Assembly: GCA_964016885.1 (NCBI GenBank)
Contig: OZ024747.1
Span: 4,340,001-4,404,000, forward strand
Source: Eledone cirrhosa
Lineage: Eukaryota
Length of the DNA stretch: 64,000 nt
Direction of reading: 5' to 3'
The notes under the pieces are model-generated. The model did no database searches. It had not been told where the DNA came from and saw only the letters and a list, made by a program, of their open reading frames with translations. Position numbers and translations under genes: made by a program. The first letter of the stretch is position 1; each line of letters opens with the position of its first letter. Below are positions 42,371-57,279 of the stretch, in pieces.

Positions 42371-42422
42371 TATGTGTATATATATATGAGTATATATATA
42401 TATGTGTATATATATATAAGTG

Positions 42423-42457
<35 letters not shown>

Positions 42458-42539
42458 GTGTGTGTATATATAGGTATATATATATATTTACATATATTTA
42501 CATATGTGTGTGTATATATAGGTATATATATATATTTAC

Positions 42540-42800
42540 ATCCAGGCCGAAACAAATGAGATTGTGTAGGTGTCACGACAAAAAAACACACAGTCCACGC
42601 TGTAATGTGGCCGTGTAGGCAACATGGTAAAAACCTCCCAGACCCACACTGTAAATGCGGTTGGTGTTAGGAACGGCATCCAACTGTAGAAAACCTGCCA
42701 GACAGTCCTATGCGAGCAAGACAATCACTCTTGCCTCAAGTGGGAATACCCCCGTCCAAACCCATGCAAGCATGGAACACGGACGTTAAACGTTGATGAT
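42540..42800 (+). mobile_element. Retroposon 3' fragment with RTE-type tail (related copies 23085-23285 +, 46085-46345 -, 55848-56125 -)
   Basis: Shared gtgtaggtgtcac..cacagtccacgctgtaatgtggccgtgtagg..ggtgttaggaa.ggcatcca.ctgtagaaaacc, with a (GAT)n end. Confidence 0.75.
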
Positions 42801-43629
42801 GATATATATATAGATGTATATATAGGTATATATATATATAGGTGTATATATAGGTATATATATATATAGGGGTATATATATAGGTGTATATATAGGTATA
42901 TATATATAGGTGTATATATAGGTATATATATATAGGTATATAAATAGGTATATATATATATATATATATATATAGGTGTATATATAAATAGGTATATATA
43001 TATATATATATAGGTGTATATATAGGTATGTATATATATATATATATATAGGTGTATATATAAATAGGTATATATATATATATATATAGGTGTATATATA
43101 GGTATGTATATATATATATATATATAGGTGTATATATAGGTATATATATATATATATATAGGTGTATATATAGGTATATATATATATAGGTGTATATATA
43201 GGTATATGTATATAAAGGTATATGTATATATAGGTGTATATATAGGTATATATATAGGTGTATATATATATATAGAGAGAGAGAGGTGTATATATAGATA
43301 TATAGATATCTTCTGGGGAAAAAAGAGATAGTGACTTCGAAGTTTCAGCTTTGTACTCTAAACACTCATTCCAATATATAAATTGATAGATTAATAGATA
43401 TGGCTAGGTAGATAGATAGAGGGATTTATAGATAGATGAGGAGATAGATAGGTTGAGGGTGGATAGATAGGATGTATGGATGGATAGATAGATAGATGAT
43501 GAGATAGAGGTATGAGAGGGCTCAGCAGAGTAAAAGGATTTCTACAAATACTGGGACACATTGGAGACTACAACTACAATAGGTTGGAGGGATGAGGGAA
43601 ATTTCCTTCCTCAGCAAAATAAATAATAA

Positions 43630-44984
43630 CCTCCACCACCACTATCGCCACCACTACCACTACCTACACCATCACCACTACCACCAGCACCACCACCACT
43701 ATCGCCACCACCACTATCGCCTACACCATCACCACTACCACCACCACCACCACCACCACTACCACTATCGCCACCACCACCACCACCACCACTACCATCA
43801 CTACCATCACCACCACCACCACTACCATCACCACCACCACTACCGCCACCACCACCACCACTACCGCCACCACCACCATCACCACCACCACCACTACCAT
43901 CACCACCACCACCACTACTGCCACCACTACCATCACCACCACCACTACCATCACCACCACCACCACTACCGCCACCACCACCACTACCATCACCTCAACC
44001 ACTACCATCACCACTACCGCCACCAACACCGTCACCACCACCACTACCATCACCACCACCACCACTACCGCCACCACCACCACTACCATCACCACCACCA
44101 CCACTACCATCACCACCACCACCACTACCGCCACCACCACCACCACTACCATCACCACCACCACCACTACCGCCACCACCACCACTACCATCACCTCAAC
44201 CACTACCATCACCACTACCGCCACCAACACCGTCACCACTACCATCACCACCACCACCACCACCACCACTACCATCACCACCACCACCACTACTGCCACC
44301 ACCACCACTACCATCAACCCAACCACTACCATCACCACCACCGCCACCAACACTGTCACCACCACCACTACCATCACCACCACCACCACTACCGCCACCA
44401 CCACCACTACCATCACCACCACCACTACCATCACCACCACCACTACCATCACCACTACCGCCACCAACACCGTCACCACCTCTTTCATCATTAAAAGAGA
44501 TCATTTTTAAGAACTACTACTAGTGGTGATAATCTTGGTGGTGGTAGTGGTGCAGTGTTGAAGGTTGTGGTTGTGGTAGTGGTTGTGGTAGTGGTGGTGG
44601 TGGTGGTGGTGGTGGTGGTGCAGTGTTGATGGTGGTGGTGGTGGTGGTGGTAGTGGTGGTGGTGGTGGTGGTGGTGCAGTGTTGATGGCGGTGGTGGTGG
44701 TGGTGGTAGTGGTGCAGTGTTGAAGGTAGTGGTGGTGGTTGTGGTTGTGGTGGTGGTGGTGGTGCAGTGTTGAAGGTTGTGGTTGTGGTAGTGGTTGTGG
44801 TAGTGGTGGTGGTGGTGGTGGTGGTGGTGGTGGTGGTGCAGTGTTGATGGTGGTGGTGGTGGTAGTGGTGGTGCAGTGGTAGTGGTGGTGGTAGTGTAGT
44901 GATGTTGTTGGTGTTGGTAGCAGTAGAAATAGCAGTGATGGGTTCAGTAGTATTTGTAGTAGTAGTAGTATCGATAATGGGTTC

Positions 44985-45015
<31 letters not shown>
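43630..45015. repeat. (CAC/TAC)n tract followed by an oppositely oriented (GGT/AGT)n tract
   Basis: Direct reading. Confidence 0.9.
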
Positions 45016-45016
<1 letters not shown>

Positions 45017-45287
45017 CTACAACAGCAGCCATGTTAACAGTAAAAAGGCTTTGAGGAAGAAGGTAGCCATAACAGGCAATAATAATATTGGGGAACTGTG
45101 ATGGCTTTACAGGGGCTGGGAACCCATAAATACAAACTACTACAGCATTGCTTACTACTATTACTCCTCCACTGCTGCCAACAATGGTGAAGGAAACTCC
45201 CTTTACATAGCTGATCGACCTACTAGTCATAGCAGCTAAATCTTCCTCAAATCACACGCACTGTCATTTTAAAGAAATAATGATAAA

Positions 45288-45468
45288 ATAATTGTTTCTA
45301 CTTTAGGCACAAGGCCAGCAAATACCCAGTACATTACTGGTACTTTATTTTATCGACCCCGTAAGGATGAAAGGCAAAGTTAACCTCGTCGGGATTTGAA
45401 CTCAGACTGTAAAGGGACGTAACTATGCTAGAAAGCAATGGCGTCCAACCCTCTACCGATACTGCCAA
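45288..45468 (-). mobile_element. SINE family A with ~14-bp TSD (aatgataaaataat)
   Basis: Consensus match with duplicated flank. Confidence 0.8.
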
Positions 45469-46400
45469 TGATAAAATAATAATACATTATTTGAAATGAA
45501 AGTGTGTTATTTGAGGAAGATTTGGCTGCTATGACTAGTAGGTCGATCAACTCTGTAGAGCGTAGTTCCTTCATCATAAATAATAGATTTAAAATGATAG
45601 TCTGTGATTTGAGGAAGATTTAGCTACTCTCACTAGTAAGTCGATCTAGAAGGTTCCTTTATCATAAATAATACATTGTTTAAAATGATAAAGTATGTGA
45701 TTTGAGGAAGATTTGGCTGCTATCACTAGTAGGTTCATCAAATGTGTATATGGTATTTTGTGTTTCCCGCTTGGGAATGAAATTCACAAGCTCGTGGTTA
45801 TAAATCCAACTATTTATCACTAAGCCATGCACCTCCCAAAATAGAGGTTGTTAACACCAGTGTATTACAGGTACATATCAAGCACAGTGATATGTAACAT
45901 AAAGGCTGTTACTGACTGAATTTGTATTTAGAAGAAGAAAGAAAAATGTGAATTAGAAAAATTAGAAAAGAAATTGAGAAATTTATGAGAGGAAATGAAA
46001 GGGTTAGGGGAGAGAAATTATATTGTGGCTGGTGTACTGTATTGAACAAATGTTATATATATACACGTGCATGTATATATATATATCATCATCATCGTTT
46101 AACGTCCATCTTCCATGCTAGCATGGGTTTGGACAGGAGTTTTCCCACTTGCGGCAAAATTGGTTGTCCTGCTCGTATAGGACTGTCTGGCGGGTTTTCT
46201 ACAGTTGGATGCCCTTCCTAACACCAACCACGTTTACAGTGTGGACTGGGAGGTTTTTACCGTGTTACCTACACGGCCACATTACAGCGTGGACTGTGTG
46301 TTTTTTTTTGTTGTGACACCTACACGACCTCATTTGTTTCGGACTGGATGTTGTGGTACCAATATACCCAAATGTTCTATATATATATATATACACATGC

Positions 46401-46443
<43 letters not shown>

Positions 46444-46981
46444 CAAATATACACACATGCATGCATATACATTATATATACATATATATATATATACATG
46501 CTGCTTACATAATATATCTGTAAAAGCTAGTGTGTTGCATAGAAGCATGTTACTTCTCTGCTCCTTTTTGAAAAAAAAATACTAAACCAACAAACAAAAA
46601 ACAACAAAAGCAAAACATGGAAGAAGAAGAAGAAGAAGAAAGAGGAGGAGGAGAGGCATTGAAAATGTGACACAGCTTCCCTGACATGCAGTTCGTGCAT
46701 GTGAAGAAAATGAATGATTCTTTCCTTATGGAGCAGCTCAACTTTGGATCAATATCTCTACAAGACGAACATTTCCAATGAAGAAATCTTTATAGAAAGT
46801 CTTGGCTTTCTTTTCTTTAATTTCTCTAAGCTTTCTATAATTCGAAAATAGAATTCTAAATGTAGTAGCAGTGGTAGTGGTGGTGGTGGTAGTAGTAGTG
46901 GTGGTGCTGATGGTAGTAGTAGTAGTAGTAGTAGTTCTGATGATGGTAGTAGTAGTGGTGGTGGTGATGGTAGTAGTAGTG

Positions 46982-47012
<31 letters not shown>

Positions 47013-47306
47013 CAGTGGTAGTGGTAGTAGTGGTGGTGGTGGTGGTAGTAGCAGTGGTAGTAGTAGTAGTAGTAGTAATATAATAATAATAGTAATAATA
47101 TTTCTACTTTCGGCACAAGGCCAGCAATTACCCCAGTGCATTACTGGTGCTTTATTTTATCGACCCCGTAAGGCTGAAGAGGGGAGGTCGATAAAATAAA
47201 GGACCGGAAAATATCGTTATTAGGCACTGCACACATTTCCTTCCAATACTATAGAAATACACACCAAAAATGAAAACCAAACACTGCATGTACCCAAGAA
47301 AACATT

Positions 47307-47534
47307 TTAACCCTTTAGTATTTACATTACTCTATATTTACTATTGTATTTTAATGGTAAAAGATTTACCTCATATATTATCTCACATAATATCAAATCT
47401 ATGATATTTTGATGTTATTTATTTTAAGAACAATACCTAAACATCAGTATGCGTGGCCAGTTATGGCCAGTTTGAACAGAATGGGGTCAGAGAATGTTGG
47501 TCAGATATGACCGGTTTAAATACTAAAGAGTTAA
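47307..47534. mobile_element. piggyBac-like MITE copy
   Basis: TTAA-ccctttagtattt ... aaatactaaagag-TTAA. Confidence 0.75.
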
Positions 47535-49413
47535 ATATCAAAATATTAAAACTTCATAAATATATTTTATACTCATGAGAATTTCAAAACTGTGCCATCT
47601 AAACATACGTTGGTTAGCTGCCTTGACTTATAAATGGGTTTGGGATATTTGTCTATTTCTCAGATATAAAATAGGTGGCCAACTTATATTCATGTATAAA
47701 TGGTAGGTGGAATTTATGAGAGATTTCACAGTTGTTTCCATCAGATAGAGTAACCACATAAAGACCTTCTTTTTGCCTATTTCTCGGACATAAAATAGGG
47801 GGTGGCTTATATACTATAGATTTATATTTGAGTATATACATTAGTTTGTTGACACCAACACAGAAAACTAAGTGCAAAGTTAGCAACTGGCATCTTGATG
47901 GAACCGATTGTCATCATCTCAACCATTCCTACATATTTGTTGGAACAGCATAAACCTGGTTCCTAATATAATCACAAGGACATAGATTTGCTGTTAGAGG
48001 TAAAGTTGATTAAATGTTCTTCTTCTTGCACGTATTCCTGGGAGGGTCGTGGGAGCAGAGTCCTCAAACACTCCTTCCAGCAGGTCCTGTTATTTCAAGC
48101 CCATAAGGCAGCATGTTAGTCTTGTAATCTAAATGAAATGGCTACAAACAAGCAGTGACACATAGTTGCAGATTCTAGAAGCTTTACCATTTTCTCTATA
48201 TTAGCCATTAATATATGATTATGTAATGTCTTTGTACTAAACCAGGGTGAATGGATTGAAAAATCAATAGACAAAATGATGGTCAGATTGAGGGATAGAT
48301 TAATGGAGTGATGGATGATTTTTTGGATGATTAACGGAAGAGATGGATGGACGGATGGGTGAATGGGTAGATAGATGGGTGAAATGGATGGAGAGAAAAG
48401 ATATGGGTGGATGGATGGTCAGATAGATAGATAGGTGTATGAGTAAATGGATTTAAGAATGGGTTAAATATATAGTGGAAAAGATATGGATGGGTGGCTG
48501 GATAGATGGCTGAATAGATGGGTGGGAGATCAGGAAATGGATAAATAGATGGAGGTAAGAAGAGGGAAGTTGATGGATTAATGCAGAGGTAAATGGATAG
48601 ATGGATGAGATGTGTGCAGAAGATAGATCTTTCTTCGTCAAAAGACATGGGAAATATACAGGTATATATATATTGTTTAAAGGTGGCTAGGATAGTTGGT
48701 TAACAGTACAGTGAGTAATGTTATGTTGTCTGAATGAGGGAGGGAACAAAGACTGATAGAAAGAAAGAGAGAGAGAGAAAAGAAGCGAAAGTGTTGAGGA
48801 GAGAAAGTTTGGGAAAGTGGAAATATTTGAGGGCAGAGAAGAATGGTTGAATGACAAGCACTTTGTAGTTGGTGCACAACCAGAACTGAGGAAGAAATAA
48901 ATAAATAAAACAAACAAACAAACAACACACAAGGAAAACAAAAACTAAAAAGCAATATATAATAAATAAATGTCTGAAGAGAGGAAATGGTAGGGCTGCT
49001 AATTTCCCTTCTATATTATCAGTAAACATGAATAAAAACAAGAATAACATTTAACCAAAGAAGCAAACTGGCTGACAAAATAACTGGGCAATTTTGGAAA
49101 AAATGAGAAAAACAAGATAATGGAGGCAAAAATGAGTCCAAAATAATAACAGAAATAACAAAATAATGCCAAAATAGACTAAACAAATATGTAAAAAATA
49201 AATAAAATAAAATAAATGATTTTTTTTTCTATTTATTTATGTATTTATTTCTGGTATAAGATAGAAAGTGTTCGATGCAAAGTAAATGTTGGAACCCAAT
49301 CCCAGCGATAAATTGACGACAGCTCTGTATCATCAGAATATCACCAGTATGATATTCGATATTGAAGGATATTGATAGATTGATATCATATACGACATGT
49401 TTATTTATATATG

Positions 49414-49444
<31 letters not shown>

Positions 49445-49805
49445 TGATGGAATGTATGAATTTACAAACAGGTTGATAGGAAGATATGGCGAGCTTAATT
49501 TTTACTTCTTATATGTAATGGTGGAAGTTTCTGATAAATAGATACAGATTGGTTGATAGATTGAATAGATTAATAGATGGATAGGTAATGATGACAATTA
49601 CGTAGGTTAGATTTGGATATATAGATAAATGCTCTGCTAGATTGATACAAAAGCATAAGAAGGTGGTGTAAGAGGGCCTAGTCACCTGGATGCAAATATA
49701 AAGGACCTTCAACTTCTGACCTAATAATTCAGATGAAAGAACCAAAAGTGATTTTGTCCCAGGTACTGGGAACCTTTGTGACCCTTAGTAGGTGTTTGTG
49801 TTTTT

Positions 49806-50165
49806 GTTTTAGTTGAAGTGTACATAAAGTCTGTGTGTGATCAGGGTTTTAGTTGAAGTGTACGTAAGGTCTGTGTGTGATCAGGGTTTTAGTTGAAGTG
49901 TACGTAAGGTCTGTGTGTGATCAGGGTTTTAGTTGAAGTGTACGTAAGGTCTGTGTGTGATCAGGGTTTTAGTTGAAGTGTACGTAAGGTCTGTGTGTGA
50001 TCAGGGTTTTAGTTGAAGTGTACGTAAGGTCTGTGTGTGATCAGGGTTTTAGTTGAAGTGTACGTAAGGTCTGTGTGTGATCAGGGTTTTAGTTGAAGTG
50101 TACGTAAGGTCTGTGTGTGATCAGGGTTTTAGTTGAAGTGTACGTAAGGTCTGTGTGTGATCAGG
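49806..50165. repeat. 40-bp minisatellite (gttttagttgaagtgtacgtaaggtctgtgtgtgatcagg), 9 copies
   Basis: Almost identical head-to-tail units. Confidence 0.95.
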
Positions 50166-50850
50166 AACCTTACACACTTAATAATATAAATTTCTCTCAT
50201 GGTCACAAGGACTTTAGCCCAAGAACTGTACTGAGATGTACCTCGTACCATGTTCTGTGTAAGTTTGCTCTACATAACTCTGCTCAAATCACCTCCAGAA
50301 CCTTTTGGCATAAAATACCAGTCGAAAAGAGAGACCCTACATGGCCATTTGACTTGCTAGAAATGGAAGTCAAACCTTCCTCAAAATCACACCCCACCAT
50401 CCTAGACATTCTATAATGTTGCCCTGACTTCCCTACACATAGGGGAAAATGGGATGGTCATGGTAGGAATGACTTTGATAATATGTCTGCCTGGTCAGTG
50501 TTGATCAGAGGCTAAGCAACAACAAGAACAACAACAACTAAAGACAATGAGAGCCTTGGTATCATCTGTTGAGTATGGTGAGGGGTGTCAGAAAGGGTGA
50601 GATACTGTGTTGCAGGAAGTAAGAGAGGGAGTGAGAGTATGATGAGGGAGAGATAATGTAGAATGGGAAGTAATGGAAGAGATAGTACTTAAAGAGTAAT
50701 GGTAGCTACATGTCTGCTAGGTAGAGAAAAAGTGAGAGTTCTCCAAAGAGAGAGCTAGATGTCAACGAGAATTGGTCTTAGGAGAAAGAATGATGGCTGG
50801 CAGTGTAGAGATTTTGATTGTATGATGTATATATACATATATATATATAT

Positions 50851-50882
<32 letters not shown>

Positions 50883-50886
<4 letters not shown>

Positions 50887-51068
50887 GTTTCTACTCTTGG
50901 CACAAGGTCAGCAGTCATCCCAGTGTATTACTGGTACTTTATTTAATCGACCCCGTAAGGATGAAAGGCAAAGTTAACCTCAGCGGGATTTGAACTCAGA
51001 CTATAAAGGGCCGTAACTCTTTGCTATAAAGCATGGCATCAGATCCTCTACCGATACTGCCAATCCAC
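50883..51068 (-). mobile_element. SINE family A
   Basis: Reverse-complement consensus match. Confidence 0.85.
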
Positions 51069-51137
51069 ATATATATATATATATGTAATAAAATAAAACA
51101 AGGACGAGTGGTTACTGCTTCATTACGTTTATTCGTT

Positions 51138-51222
51138 GGTGACACGTGTTTCACCACTGATCAGCTCAAGGTTCGATCTGTATAGATCTAGTCCGACTCT
51201 GTAATCCACGGCTCATCAGACC
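51138..51222 (-). ncRNA. Type-I hammerhead ribozyme with 60-nt stem II and palindromic ACACGTGT stem III
   Basis: Minus strand: ggt CTGATGA gcc...ggt GAAAC acgt GTC acc, then AATAAA. Confidence 0.8.
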
Positions 51223-51455
51223 CCTTATAATGGTAATACAGTTACCTACAGTAACTCCACATTACACTCCATGGATATATATATACACTCACACACACAC
51301 ACATATACACCCACACACATACACACACAGATGTCCAACTGAACTCAACTTGTATTCTAATACTGAATAGTTATACAAGAAACAAGAGGATGCATTAAGT
51401 CTTATTAGTTTCATGGATAACAGAGGGTTAAACTGTCAATGCATGTGTGTGAAGA

Positions 51456-51522
<67 letters not shown>

Positions 51523-51719
51523 ACATATTCCCAAATATATTCTCACACAGAAGTGTGTATATATATGTTTTATGTTTTTTTCTATATTTATATTTGCAGC
51601 ATAACTTTAGATGATATCATAGCAAATATCACATATTACTGCATGTTGCATTAGTTAGATTTATATCACATTTATCATTCCAACTGACAATATTTTGTTT
51701 TCTTTATAAGTGTGTGTGT

Positions 51720-51765
<46 letters not shown>

Positions 51766-51863
51766 GTGAGAGAAAGGTTAAAAGGAAGTGAGAGAGAAAT
51801 GAAGAGAGAAAAATGTTAATTCCCAGATTTTTTTCTCTGAATGTGCATATATATATATATATA

Positions 51864-51920
<57 letters not shown>

Positions 51921-51954
51921 TTATATGCATATATATATATACATTTATATGCAT

Positions 51955-51986
<32 letters not shown>

Positions 51987-52129
51987 ATGCATATATATAT
52001 ATATGTATATATGTATGTGTATGTTTATATGTATGTATATGTATATTTTATATGTATATATATATATCATCATTATCATTATCATCATCATAATCATTTT
52101 CACATCCGTTTTCCCTGCTAGCAAGGGAT

Positions 52130-52297
<168 letters not shown>

Positions 52298-52809
52298 ATA
52301 TATGGTGAACTAAAAAAGTCCATTTGCACTTTTAAATTTAGTCTGAGAATATTCAATGATATGCACATATGCTAATATGTGCATATATGAAAATGTGAAA
52401 CTTATAGTTATATATGTACACAGATGTTAAAAAATGATAAAGATTATGTATGTATGGGATAAATGTGTATGTATATATGAACGTATGAATATATGTATGT
52501 ATGTATATATGTATGTATACAGAATTATGCACATATTAAACATAAATCATCCTCATCATCATCATAACAGTTCTGCTGAACTCTATTATGAAAATGTAAA
52601 CTATTTATCCACGCTTCATTTCTCTCTCTTTCTCTCTCTCCCACTCTCCCCTCTCTCTCTCTCTCTCTCTCGCTCTCTCTCACTCACTCTCTCTCTCTCT
52701 TTCTCTGTATATATATACATCATCATCATTTTTAAGTCCATTTTTCCATGCTTGCATGGGTTGGACAGGTACTACTCAAAACGGCATTTCTTCATCATCA
52801 TCGATCATT

Positions 52810-53108
52810 TCATTTTACGTCCACTTTTCCCTGCTTGCAAGGGTGGGACGGGAACTGATTCTGGCTTGATTTCTACAGCTGGATGCCCTCCCTAACACCA
52901 ACCTCATTTACAGTGAGTGCTGGGTGCTTTGCAGTGGAATGATAGGGACCCCAGTCCCTATCATCTCATTTCTACAGCTGAGTAAACTGGAGCAATGTGA
53001 AATAAAGTGTCTTGCTCAAGGAAACAACACATCACCCGGTCTGAGAATTGAACTCACAACCTTTCGATTGCAAGGCCAATGCTCTAACCACTAAGCCATG
53101 TTCCTCCA
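52810..53108 (-). mobile_element. SINE family B with RTE tail
   Basis: Reverse-complement match to 42040-42370. Confidence 0.85.
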
Positions 53109-53197
53109 TGTGTGTGTATGTATATATATATATATAAAAAAACATAAACAAGAAGTTTAAGCCAACAGGTTAAAATTAACTTTGTTTATACATAGCT

Positions 53198-53256
53198 GCT
53201 GTTATATATATTTCGGTGATAACCCTTATGCAACAGCTATGACCTCATCAGACAGC
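53198..53256 (-). ncRNA. Type-I hammerhead ribozyme
   Basis: Minus strand: gctgt CTGATGA ggt catagc..gttatc acc GAAA tatata TA acagc (5-bp stem I). Confidence 0.8.
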
Positions 53257-54526
53257 TAGAATTTGAACAGAAAAAAACAGAAAGCATAATGATGCAATAA
53301 AGCTTACTTCTGTTATTTCGATTTATTTATATGTTCAGTGCTGAAGTTTGGAGTTGATTTTTCCAAGTATGTGACCAGTGCTTTGAGAAAACAACACTAA
53401 ATTTGAGTATTTAGCTTCATTGTGCTGTGTTGTTTGCTTTGTCATTTCTGTTGGCCTTTTGCATACATACATACATACGTACACACACACACATATATAT
53501 ATTTATACACATATATATATATACATATATATACATATATACATATATATATATACATATATATATACATATATATATACATGTATATATGCATATATAT
53601 ATATACACATATACATGTATATATATATATATATACATATATACATGTATACATATATGCATATATATATATACATATATTATACATGTATATATATATA
53701 CATATATACATGTATATATATACATATATACATATATACATGTATATATATATACATGTATATATATACATATATACATATATACATGTATATATATATA
53801 CATATATACATGTATATATATATACATATATACTTGTATATATATATATATGCATATATATGTATATATATACATATATACATGTATACATATATGCATA
53901 TATATGTATATATATATGCATATATATGTATATATATATGCATATATATATATACTTATATACATGTATATATATACTTATACACGACTGTTATTTCTAG
54001 CAGTACGGTTATGAGACTAGTTAGATACTGTAAAGCCATGTGCGCCACGCAGTCTTTTAAATTATTTAGAAGTGAAGCATATCAATTTGTCTCTGGATGT
54101 TTACTGAGGAGAGCGGGACATGATATTCCTACACTTATTTAACTCAAAACATATTTGGATCTTAAAGTCTAAACTTATCTACGGAACAGGTTTGATTTTG
54201 AAATTTAAATGTGTCTAAACATCACGGCCTTTTGCCAATACAGTTCGTCTCCGTTGATTTATTATTTTAAATCGATATGGACAAACTGTAGTATAATAAT
54301 TAGTATACTTCAATCTGGCTAAATTTTTCTTTCGCAATATACAGATGTGTTGGTATCTGTGTTTCATCACATACATATTAATTTATACACTGCTCAGGGG
54401 TTATTTTTCCTCATTCGAGCTGATTCCATTGTAAAAGAATTCATTACCTTATATATACTTATATACATGTATATATATACTTATATACATGTATATATAT
54501 ACTTATATACATGTATATATATATAT

Positions 54527-54915
54527 GAGGTGATAGGGGCCAACCTTACCCAGTTGCACCTCTCAAAGTAATATAGAGTACCCGACCTCCCATGGGTACA
54601 AGCTGAAGCATATAGACAATATCCCCCCCACACCCTCCCACTGCAAAGTGGTCGTGGAGGTGCTACGGCAAAAAAGCACCCAGCCCACACTGTAAAGTGG
54701 ACGTGTAGGCGCCACGGCAAAAAAGCACCCAGCACTCACTGTAAATGAGGTTGGTGTTAGGAAGGGCATCCAGCTGTAGAAATCAAGCCAGAATCAGTTC
54801 CTGTATGAGCAAGACAAGGTCAGCCGACCAGACACTGCCCACAACAGGACAACCCGTCTAACTCATGCTAGCATGGAAGAACAGATGTAAAACGGTGATG
54901 ATGATGATGGTGATA
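54527..54915 (+). mobile_element. 3' fragment of the RTE LINE family at 59030-60258
   Basis: Matches 59840-60258 with small deletions. Confidence 0.8.
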
Positions 54916-54985
54916 TATATATATACATATATATAGTGCCTATCATGATAATTGTGCTGTACAGCATGAATGACACCATATATAA

Positions 54986-55032
<47 letters not shown>

Positions 55033-55036
55033 CGCG

Positions 55037-55073
<37 letters not shown>

Positions 55074-55124
55074 GCGCACGCACGCACACACACGCACGCG
55101 CACACACACACACACACACACGCA

Positions 55125-55174
<50 letters not shown>

Positions 55175-55687
55175 GATAGAGAAACAGGTACAACACCAAT
55201 TTTCAGGCAACTTTTCTTCCAAACCTCTGCTGAAATATTCATCTTGTTGGCCTATTGGAGCTCACATAATAATTCAGAATGAATTCCTAGGAGACTTTCT
55301 TCCATGATGTTAATAACTTTTTCATTATGAAACCTTAGCAACACACCTTTCTATATTTCTTTAAAACACATTCTCAAGGTAGAAATGTTCTCTCTACACC
55401 TTATGTATAATAATTTAAAAGCACAATTGTTTCCAAATTTGCAGCTTGTTTGGAAGCCACGGAGCTACCAAACCATCACTTGCTGAAAAATAAATGTTGT
55501 ACCTGAATACACACACACACACACACACACACCCACCCACACATATATATATATATATTAGAAAAAATTAGGAAGTTTCGTTACATGATAAATATCATAT
55601 ACGTGTTATCGAGCTGTTAACCGTGTTTCACAGAGAGTTGGCTCAAGGTCAACCATAGGACTTATGGACCTGACTATATCATTATTC

Positions 55688-55840
55688 AGTATAGAAATGG
55701 CTTCTACAGAACTAAAACTGATGTTACACAAATGAAATAGTTCTAATCCTTTAGAAGTTGTTTCCATATCAAATAATGATGTTTACATTCTACTAATGTA
55801 TTGAGTACCTTTCTAACTATGGTTACCCTCAATTTCACTT
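55688..55840. mobile_element. Diverged fold-back of the 'GAAACAGTTCTAG' hammerhead family
   Basis: tatagaaatggcttctacagaacta...gaaatagttctaatcctttagaag. The tail matches the reverse complement of 63797-63865. Confidence 0.6.
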
Positions 55841-56551
55841 GGGATCTTCATCATCATCATCATCATATGTCTATCTTCCACACTAGTATGGGTTAGACGG
55901 GAATTGTCCCACTTGAGGCAAGATTGGTCGGGTGACCGTGTCTCGCTCGTATAGGACTGTCTGGCAGGTTTTCTACAGCTGGATGCCCTTCCTAACACCA
56001 ACCACATTTACAGTGTGGACTGGGAGCTTTTTACCGTGTTACCTACACGGCCACATTACAGCGTGGACTGTGTGTTTTTTTGTTGTGACACCTACACAAC
56101 CTCATTAGTTTGGACTGGATGTTGTGGTACCAACATAACTTTATAGAGAAAGAGTGGTGTTGGTGGGAGTGGGAGGATGGAGTAGGGGGTGTATATTTGG
56201 TTAAGAGGTGCCTACTGACCTATATGTGCCTGTGTTTGAATGTGATGTGTATATTTTTGCTGGTGTATATATATATATATATATTGTGTGTATATATATA
56301 TATATATATCATTATCATCATCATCATCACCATTTAGTGTCCATTTTCCATGAGTTAGACGAGTTGTTGCATTGTGAGACAGCCAGGTCGGGAGACCGTG
56401 TTTTGCTAAAACAGAACTGATTTGGAGTTGGTTTCTATGACTGGATGCCCTTCCTAATGCCATATATATATATATCCAGGACGCTCCAACCATTAAGGTT
56501 GTCTTTTTTTCAGGGTATATCAATATTTATTTATAAAACTAATCTGTATTG

Positions 56552-56617
56552 TATTTTATCTGATGAAAGCGCACCATAATTTGCCTTGGTGGCCCTTGAA
56601 ATATGTATAATAAAATA
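56552..56617 (+). ncRNA. Type-I hammerhead ribozyme
   Basis: tattttat CTGATGA aag cgcacca taatttgcct tggtggcc ctt GAAA tatgta TA ataaaata (8-bp stem I). Confidence 0.8.
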
Positions 56618-56657
56618 AATATGGTTTTATAAATATAGTTTCCATTTGTTAATATAT

Positions 56658-56710
<53 letters not shown>

Positions 56711-56859
56711 AATATGACAACAGAAAGCCGTACTGGAAGATATGCTGTGAATTTTATTCCATGAAATCACTAAACATATTTTAATGCCCAGCTCCATCAT
56801 CCATTTATGATGCAAGACAGGACGGTTTCATCAAGTAACCTCAACAGATATATATATAG

Positions 56860-57020
56860 TTTCAGAAGATCCCATTAAGGGTGAAAGCAGCAATTCTTTG
56901 CTTAAACTTTAATCTGCTGTTTTAATAGATATTTGCTCTGTGGTTTTATATATTTTTATATATATATTATCCTTGTCGAGCTCTGTTCGGATTTTAATCT
57001 TCACATTTATTATTATTATT
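56860..57020 (+). mobile_element. Single-arm copy of the 15465-15673 element
   Basis: ttcagaagatcccattaagggtgaaagcag...cttaaactttaatctg...ggattttaatcttcaca. Confidence 0.7.
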
Positions 57021-57279
57021 ACTATATATATATATATATAGTAATGAGGTTATCAGAAATATGTTCACTTTATTTTCACTCAATGAGATGTGATTTAAAC
57101 ATATAAGTGTGCCCAACTGTCTAACAGTGCAAACATAATGTAAGAGGAAGTGGTTGTACTTGGCTATTAGGAATTACTCTGTACCATCTTTGCTTTCACA
57201 TAAAAATACATTGTCATAGTTATTCCTAAAAAGACATTCTTTGTGTTCCTTATCTCAATTTGTCATTCTGTGCGAACTT

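Noticed and set aside
49270-49345. CTGATGA on the minus strand at ~49330; similar weak cases near 54330-54370, 56760-56835 and 61150-61235
   Set aside because: Core nucleotides or stems I/III are missing or mutated, so they are not supportable as hammerheads by eye.
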